Of a DNA stretch of 32,000 bases, positions 24,917 through 30,623 are shown piece by piece. The translations under genes and the position numbers were made by a program. The notes under the pieces are model-generated. The model saw only the letters and a program-made list of their open reading frames with translations, had not been told where the DNA came from and did not search any database. This stretch comes from Candidatus Saccharimonadota bacterium (GTDB taxonomy: Bacteria; Patescibacteriota; Microgenomatia; UBA1406; GWC2-37-13), in NCBI GenBank assembly GCA_016432445.1, contig CP066689.1, forward strand, positions 90,001-122,000. The letters are read 5' to 3'. Positions within the stretch are counted from its first letter, which is position 1. Each line of letters opens with the position of its first letter.

Positions 24917-25054
24917 CATTAATATGTAATGAGTATGTAAGAGTATTTTATCACAATGTACATTTGTTTAAATACTCTCATGTGATAAGTAGTTGGTCGT
25001 TCTATAAGGAGAATTAAGATTATTGTACCAGCGGAAGATGTACTCGCAGATTTG

Positions 25055-25080
25055 GTTCAAATTATTTTCGATCTTGTTCA
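25055..25080 (+). repeat. 26-nt direct repeat, copy 2
   Basis: GTTCAAATTATTTTCGATCTTGTTCA. On the minus strand it encodes the C-terminus and stop of the DUF4406-like gene (…PGEQDRK-TAA). Confidence 0.9.
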
Positions 25081-25607
25081 CCAGGATTTAGTTCTAGGTA
25101 GTGGATATTAATCCCAATTTCTTGCGCAGTTTTGAATTCATCAACAGCACCTTCGGATTGATCCCAGCCTGGAATCATATAAATATCCGTTACTCCACTT
25201 CTTAATACTTCTTGGAATAAGGGTTTCATCATCGCCGACATTTCTTCTCTTGATAGAGTTCCTTCTTTTACTCTTTTTAGTTCTTCCAAATCATCCCAGA
25301 TGATATCAAATATATCCGTTGATGCAAAAACAGGAAATCCCTGCTCTTCTCGTAACTGAGCCGCATATTTTCTCATTCGTTCGCTATTCTCCATTGTTGA
25401 TTTACGTCTTAATTCCGGGTCAGGTTCAGAATTTTTAGCTACAGGGCCTGAAACGAAACCTATTTTTTGGATTCCTCTTTCTTTCATTTCATCAATTGAT
25501 TTCTTTAGCGCATTTTGTATGTCACTGAAATTTCTTACGGCGCCTATAATTTTATGAAAGTCTATTTGCGGACCTTGTGATTTTCCTATATTTCGTTCTT
25601 CTCCCAT
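25062..25607 (-). CDS. DUF4406-like / nucleoside 2-deoxyribosyltransferase-fold protein
   Basis: 181 aa. KIGFVSGPVAKNS (compare IYIAGPmtG), an N at the equivalent position in TMENSERM, and the C-terminal IYMIPGWDQSEGAVDEFKTAQEIGINIHY (compare the family hallmark IYMLPGWE.S.GA..E...A...G). Assignment from remembered motifs. Confidence 0.55.
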   Translation of the reverse strand: MGEERNIGKSQGPQIDFHKIIGAVRNFSDIQNALKKSIDEMKERGIQKIGFVSGPVAKNSEPDPELRRKSTMENSERMRKYAAQLREEQGFPVFASTDIFDIIWDDLEELKRVKEGTLSREEMSAMMKPLFQEVLRSGVTDIYMIPGWDQSEGAVDEFKTAQEIGINIHYLELNPGEQDRK

Positions 25608-25611
25608 ATAA

Positions 25612-25626
25612 TTGATATTATATCAA
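25612..25626. promoter_or_regulatory. Perfect palindrome TTGATAT-T-ATATCAA overlapping the -10 of the DUF4406-like gene
   Basis: TTGATATTATATCAA lies 5 nt upstream of ATG 25607 on the minus strand. The minus-strand TATAAT (25622-25617) is inside the palindrome, 9 nt from the ATG. Confidence 0.4.
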
Positions 25627-25628
25627 CA

Positions 25629-25654
25629 GTTCAAATTATTTTTGATCTTGTCCA
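25629..25654 (+). repeat. 26-nt direct repeat, copy 3
   Basis: GTTCAAATTATTTTTGATCTTGTCCA matches copy 2 at 24/26. On the minus strand it closes a 15-codon mini-ORF (25683..25636, MITKKEINFCGQDQK-TAA). Confidence 0.85.
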
Positions 25655-25793
25655 CAAAAATTAATTTCTTTCTTTGTAATCATGTTATAATATGGCCTAT
25701 AGAAACAAGCCAAACTAATTGCCTGTTTGGTGTTTGTTTATATATTTTTTTTACTTGCACATTGAAAGTACGGGAGAATGTTTTTTGCTTGCC

Positions 25794-25834
25794 AGTGGCT
25801 TTTTGTCCCGATTTCATCGGGTTAGAAAGCCACT
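25794..25834 (+). promoter_or_regulatory. Two-tier stem-loop in the 5' region of the CDP-alcohol phosphatidyltransferase gene
   Basis: AGTGGCTTT (25794-25802) pairs with AAAGCCACT (25826-25834). An inner stem pairs CCCGAT (25807-25812) with ATCGGG (25816-25821). No U tract on either strand. It ends 35 nt before ATG 25870, and AAGGAG lies 9 nt before that ATG. Confidence 0.4.
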
Positions 25835-25869
25835 ACGGTGAGCAATAATAAAAAAAGGAGCGATCGATC

Positions 25870-26487
25870 ATGAGTATTATGGCATGGCTTGAACCTAACG
25901 TCAAAGAACCTTTGGCTAGGATTCCGGAAAGATTGGGAATTTCATCCAATTCGCTAACTATCTTTGGTCTCTTCTCAATAGGTATTTCAATGGCAATCCT
26001 ATATGTCACTAAGGATCTGGCGTGGACGTTTACGTTATTTATGCTGGGTTCGATCACGGATTTTATCGATGGGCCTTTGTCTCGGATTACCCGGAAAGCC
26101 TGTCCCTTTGGCGCCTGGCTTGACACGCAGTGTGATCGGTACGTGGAGATGATCATCGGGTTCGCCTTCACCTTCTATTTCTTTCCGGATCAGTATCAAA
26201 TGATGGTGACTTTTGCGGCATTTAGTTTTGCCTTCTTAGTCACCTATACGAAGTCTTCGGCCGAGGAGAAAAAGATCAAGGTCGAATGGAAAGAAAAGTG
26301 GCTTTTTGGTTATCCTGGGCGATTCCTCATCATCTGTGCTGGTATGCTCCTTACACATTGGTATCCTGACTCTTTTAGGATTTCCATGTGGGGCTTGCTG
26401 GTCTTCAACGTTGGAGTCTTTATCTATCGGATACGTAAGGTCTGGGCGTTAAAGGCACAGTATTCAGTGCCCTACGAGAATCAGTGA
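25870..26487 (+). CDS. CDP-alcohol phosphatidyltransferase family protein
   Basis: 205 aa, polytopic. Full family signature DFIDGPLSRITRKACPFGAWLDTQCDR matches D-x2-D-G-x2-(A/S)-R-x8-G-x3-D-x3-D. Canonical SD. Visibly higher G+C than its neighbours. Confidence 0.85.
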   Translation: MSIMAWLEPNVKEPLARIPERLGISSNSLTIFGLFSIGISMAILYVTKDLAWTFTLFMLGSITDFIDGPLSRITRKACPFGAWLDTQCDRYVEMIIGFAFTFYFFPDQYQMMVTFAAFSFAFLVTYTKSSAEEKKIKVEWKEKWLFGYPGRFLIICAGMLLTHWYPDSFRISMWGLLVFNVGVFIYRIRKVWALKAQYSVPYENQ

Positions 26488-26587
26488 TTCTTCTCCCAAC
26501 TCATTGGGCAAGGCGTGGGCAGTGTGGCCTCTGATGATAATATCTTTTATCGTTATACCACACTGTCTCTCTTGTATAATTGGCTTA

Positions 26588-29269
26588 ATGGCAGAGGTAA
26601 TTAAAAGGCAAGAAGTTCAAGCTACTCCGGAGATAATCAAATTCAAACAGCTTTTAGGAATGCAGGGAAGGCTGATTTTGGCTGACCAAAAATACTTAAA
26701 TCCAGATATTAAAGATGTCCCTCCGATTGATGCTTCAAACCCAACGGCAGATTTTCAAAGCAGAAACTATAATCCTTTTGAAAATACTTCCCGCTTTGAT
26801 AGACGGGAATACTGGCAAAAGCAAGTTACCGAAAATAAGGCGAGTGCGGATTTTAATAGTCAGCTTGAGACATGGAAAACATCCCTGGTTTCAACCTTTA
26901 AAAACGAAAGCAATCAAGAAAAAAAAGAAAAACTAAAACCTTACTTTTCCAAGATCGGGATAAATCTTGATAATTTTGAGAATGCAGAAGCAAGTACTTT
27001 CTATTCCCGATATTTTCAAAACGGTGCAAGCGGGGTTAAATCTTTTGTAAAAGATATTATTGAAACATATGATAATGCTCAAAGTCTTAAAAGCAGTTTA
27101 ACTGATATTCAGTGGCTGGCTAATATTTTCGGCGGTAAATCTTCAGAGATTGTGGCTCAGCTTGTGGATGCTGAAGTTAATCTTTTAACTGATCCACAGT
27201 TTGCGGAAAAATTAAATCAAAAAAATAATAAAGATAAAACTCCATTAAACAATTTAAGCGATAAAGAGATTGATCTTTTAAATCATATTTGTGCTCATTG
27301 TGATAATGATGCTTCTCAAGAAAATCAAAATGGAAAAAAACAAGAAAATGGTCCATTACCCATCATGGCTTATGAAGCGGAGATTAAGGGTCATTTAAGT
27401 AATCCCAATGTAGATAGTATCATTATCTCTGCTGGTACGGGAACGGGTAAGACTACTCAAATCCCTCAAATGGCAATGGATGTGATGAAGAAGGGCCAGA
27501 AAATGTTTGTGACTTCGCCTAGAAAGTTTCCGATGAAAGATTTGGCCGCCCGCATTGCCTATGAGAGCGGGAATGAACTAGGTGAAGAAGTGGGTTACAT
27601 CCATGGAGAGGGGCAAGAAGTGAATAAGGAAAAAGGCATAGTGTGTGTAATAACAGAAGGCTCTTTAAAAAGAGCTATAGGACGTGATAAGACAGGTTTA
27701 CTTTTAGATTATGACAAAATTATGTTTGATGAAGTCCATGAGATGAGTAAAGATCTGCAGCTTACGATGGCTCTGGCTTTAAAAATCCAAGAGAAGCGAA
27801 GAACAATTGGTCGTCCTCTTCAGCTTATTTTTTCCTCAGCTACTTCCAACAAAGAAGCAATGAAAAGATTTCTTCCCGGAGCCGCATTGGTTGAAGTGCC
27901 GGGAACAACAGCTCCAATTAATGAAACGTTTGAGACAACGTCCATTCCCAGAGATGAAAAACCAGCGAGAGCCGCTTTTTGGACGAGAGAGCTTATTAAA
28001 AAAAAACCAATTGGAAGAACGATTTTAATCTTTATGCCTGGAGATACTTTAATCCGTGAAACTGTCAACAAAATTAATGAGCTAAATTTGCCCAACGTTA
28101 AAGTGAGAGCCTTAAGCGGTTCTCTTCCTAAAGAACTGCAGGAGGAAGCAAAAACAGCCGATCCTAATGTCTACAATATCATTGTTTCTTCACCTCTTGC
28201 CGAAACAAGCATTACTATCCCCGACATTGACGTTATTAGTTCAGGTTATGTTAATATTCCCCGAATAGATGAAGATACGGGTTTGATTTTTCTTGAGGAA
28301 CAGCTTCATTCTAGAAAAGGTTTGACTCAACAGAAAGGCCGAGGGGGAAGGACAGGAGAGTCAGATTTCATCTTTTTAGGTACGCGGGATGAATGGGAAA
28401 AAGGAGTTACCGAAAACGGAGTTTTTAAAGTCCGTCCTGAATTTGCTCCAAATCCTTTATCGCAAACAGACCTAATTGATGCTGTTTTATGTCTGAAAGC
28501 TTTGGGAGAAGATTTCGATCAATTAAGATTTATGGAGAAGCCTAATCCTAAAAATTTGGTTAGAGCTACTCGTCAGCTGAAAGCTTTAGGAGCTTTAAAT
28601 CCGGATGGATCAGTAACAGATATAGGAAAACAAATGGATAAAATTCCAACCGATCCGCATGTAGCCCGGATGATCATCGAGGCCAAGAACAAAGGGTGCG
28701 GGGAGGCGGCCTGTTCAATTGCGGCCATGATTGAGGCCAGGGTACTTTTTGTTAAGCCGGATAAAGATCATTCAGAAGATAAAATTAGAGCATCAGGTGA
28801 TAGTTTTAAAGTGGAAGGTTCTGATTTTTTGACCCTTCTTAATATCTGGCGAGCTTACAGTCGAGTGTCTGAAGATCAAAGAAAAACATGGGTTGATGAC
28901 CACTGTTTAAGAGGGGATGTATTAGAACGAGTTACTTCCCGCCGCTTGGAGCTTTTGAAAAAAACAGGGACAACCGATTCAGACAATGGTGTTTCCTCGG
29001 AAACAATAGAAAAATGCGTGGCTGTCGGCTTCAAAGATAAGTTATTGCGTAGAAATGCGTCGGTATGGACAGGGAGGAGAAAACCAAGAACAACTTATTC
29101 ACTTGCCGATGAGCCGGTTAGTAATGCAGCAATTAGCAAAGGCTCGGCTTTAATGAATGACAATTATGAGATGTTTGTTTCGATGGGCAACTATTCCAGA
29201 CAACAAGAAAACAAAAGACAGATCATTTACATGGTTAATAATCAGCGGGTTGATCCGAGCTGGCTGTAA
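26588..29269 (+). CDS. DEAH/RHA-box helicase (HrpA/HrpB-like) with ~265-aa uncharacterised N-terminal region
   Basis: Motif I SAGTGTGKTTQIPQ, II FDEVHE, III SSATSN, IV FMPG, V SSPLAETSITIP, VI QQKGRGGR. HA2-like LSQTDLIDAVLCLKALG and PTDPHVARMIIEA, then DFLTLLNIWRAY. I prefer ATG 26588 (MAEVIKRQ...) to the tracked TTG 26504 because TATAAT (26575-26580) lies 7 nt upstream. Confidence 0.85.
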   Translation: MAEVIKRQEVQATPEIIKFKQLLGMQGRLILADQKYLNPDIKDVPPIDASNPTADFQSRNYNPFENTSRFDRREYWQKQVTENKASADFNSQLETWKTSLVSTFKNESNQEKKEKLKPYFSKIGINLDNFENAEASTFYSRYFQNGASGVKSFVKDIIETYDNAQSLKSSLTDIQWLANIFGGKSSEIVAQLVDAEVNLLTDPQFAEKLNQKNNKDKTPLNNLSDKEIDLLNHICAHCDNDASQENQNGKKQENGPLPIMAYEAEIKGHLSNPNVDSIIISAGTGTGKTTQIPQMAMDVMKKGQKMFVTSPRKFPMKDLAARIAYESGNELGEEVGYIHGEGQEVNKEKGIVCVITEGSLKRAIGRDKTGLLLDYDKIMFDEVHEMSKDLQLTMALALKIQEKRRTIGRPLQLIFSSATSNKEAMKRFLPGAALVEVPGTTAPINETFETTSIPRDEKPARAAFWTRELIKKKPIGRTILIFMPGDTLIRETVNKINELNLPNVKVRALSGSLPKELQEEAKTADPNVYNIIVSSPLAETSITIPDIDVISSGYVNIPRIDEDTGLIFLEEQLHSRKGLTQQKGRGGRTGESDFIFLGTRDEWEKGVTENGVFKVRPEFAPNPLSQTDLIDAVLCLKALGEDFDQLRFMEKPNPKNLVRATRQLKALGALNPDGSVTDIGKQMDKIPTDPHVARMIIEAKNKGCGEAACSIAAMIEARVLFVKPDKDHSEDKIRASGDSFKVEGSDFLTLLNIWRAYSRVSEDQRKTWVDDHCLRGDVLERVTSRRLELLKKTGTTDSDNGVSSETIEKCVAVGFKDKLLRRNASVWTGRRKPRTTYSLADEPVSNAAISKGSALMNDNYEMFVSMGNYSRQQENKRQIIYMVNNQRVDPSWL

Positions 29270-29300
29270 CTTATGATATACTTTATCAGGTGTAACTTGT

Positions 29301-29732
29301 ATGGAAAATCTTAATCCCAGTATTGTTTTAATTTTTTTAGGTTTAATCTTTATAACTGTTGAGCTTTTTTTGGGGGTAGCCACTGGCTTTGATCTGCTTA
29401 TTGCCGGTATTATTTTTATCATTTCAGGCATTGCCGGTTGGACTTTAAACTCATTTAATATCTCACTAAGTCTTGTCATTGCGCTTTCTTTTCTTTACAT
29501 TGTTTTAGGCAGAAAATTTGTTAAAAGCAAGTTGTCTATCGCCACAAAAGCCACCAATACAAATGCCTTGATGGAAAAAAAAGGAATAGTTATCAAAAAA
29601 ATTACGCCTGATAGTCCGGGTCAGGTAAAAGTTGAAGGTGAGATCTGGAGAGCCGAAGCTTCAAGATCAATTGACGAAGGGACAGAGGTGGTTGTACAAT
29701 CAGTTAGCGGAGTTACCTTAAAAGTTTCTTAA
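29301..29732 (+). CDS. NfeD family membrane protein
   Basis: 143 aa. Three or four N-terminal TM helices and a C-terminal OB-fold segment GQVKVEGEIWRAEASRSIDEGTEVVVQSVSGVTLKV. Immediately upstream of an SPFH gene, the canonical pairing. Confidence 0.8.
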   Translation: MENLNPSIVLIFLGLIFITVELFLGVATGFDLLIAGIIFIISGIAGWTLNSFNISLSLVIALSFLYIVLGRKFVKSKLSIATKATNTNALMEKKGIVIKKITPDSPGQVKVEGEIWRAEASRSIDEGTEVVVQSVSGVTLKVS

Positions 29733-29736
29733 AATT

Positions 29737-30621
29737 ATGGAAATTACTTTAGTTATTCTTGTGATAGGATCGGTTATTGCTCTAATAACTCTTCTTATGT
29801 CCGTTAAAATCATAAACCAAGCGGAAAAAGGAATAGTCTTGCGCTTAGGAAAATTTAATCGTGTAGTTGAGGCTGGGTTAAATCTGATTATTCCTTATAT
29901 TGATTCTTTAATGAAAGTTGATGTTAGGGAGAGAGTTATTAATGTTGAACCCCAAAAGGTAATTACCAAAGATAACGTAAGTGTTACGGTAGATGCAGTT
30001 ATTTACTACAAAGTGGTTGATCCTGTAAAAGCGGAGTTTGAAGTTGAAGATTTTGATACTGCGGCTACCACTTTGGCTCAAACAAATCTAAGAAATGTTG
30101 TTGGTGATAAAACCTTAGACGAAACTTTAACCGCTCGTGATGTCATCAATACCAGCTTGAGGAATGTGCTTGATGAGGCCACTCATGGATGGGGTGTCAA
30201 AGTGACTCGCGTTGAGGTGCAAAAAATTGAGCCGCCTCCTGAGATCAGTGAGGCCATGAGTTTGCAGATGAGAGCTGAGCGGGAAAAAAGAGCCAAAATA
30301 TTGCAGGCTGAAGGCATTAGACAAAGTTTTATCCTCGAGGCTGAAGGAAGACGAAACGCTGAGATTCTTAAGGCCGAAGGAGACGCTCAAGCAACAATCT
30401 TAAAAGCTAATGCTGATAGTCAAGCTATTAAAAAAGTAGCTGAGTCTGCAGAAAATTACTTTACCGATAGGGCTCAAGCCTGGAGGCGTTTTGAAGTCTC
30501 ATCAACGGTTTTGGAGAATAATACTAAGTATGTGATTCCATCATCTTCAGAGGTAGTTAATATCCTTAATCTTGATGGCGCCTCAAACGTCATCCCGCTT
30601 GATAAACATACAAAAAAATAA
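29737..30621 (+). CDS. SPFH/band-7 (stomatin/slipin-like) protein
   Basis: 294 aa. N-terminal TM, PHB domain (IINQAEKGIVLRLGKF..., VITKDNVSVTVDAVIYYKV, LRNVVG, WGVKVTRVEVQKIEPP), and an Ala/Glu-rich coiled-coil tail. Confidence 0.9.
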   Translation: MEITLVILVIGSVIALITLLMSVKIINQAEKGIVLRLGKFNRVVEAGLNLIIPYIDSLMKVDVRERVINVEPQKVITKDNVSVTVDAVIYYKVVDPVKAEFEVEDFDTAATTLAQTNLRNVVGDKTLDETLTARDVINTSLRNVLDEATHGWGVKVTRVEVQKIEPPPEISEAMSLQMRAEREKRAKILQAEGIRQSFILEAEGRRNAEILKAEGDAQATILKANADSQAIKKVAESAENYFTDRAQAWRRFEVSSTVLENNTKYVIPSSSEVVNILNLDGASNVIPLDKHTKK

Positions 30622-30623
30622 AA

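Noticed and set aside
24183-25654. Possible CRISPR array, given three near-identical 26-nt direct repeats
   Set aside because: The intervals are 846 and 548 nt, far longer than spacers, and contain complete genes. There are only three copies, no cas genes and no leader.
23751-25869. Prophage or integrative element at ssrA
   Set aside because: There is no integrase, recombinase, capsid or terminase gene, and no duplication of the tmRNA 3' end. Only small accessory cassettes are present, so I call it an islet rather than a prophage.
25612-26171. ORFs 25612..25848 (+) and 25833..26171 (-)
   Set aside because: The first spans promoter, repeat and hairpin sequence and has no motif. The second is antisense to the phosphatidyltransferase gene, which carries a complete family signature.
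26504-26587. TTG-initiated N-terminal extension of the helicase (MGKAWAVWPLMIISFIV...)
   Set aside because: The segment contains a TATAAT 7 nt upstream of ATG 26588, matching the window-wide leaderless geometry. A hydrophobic leader on a cytoplasmic helicase is implausible.
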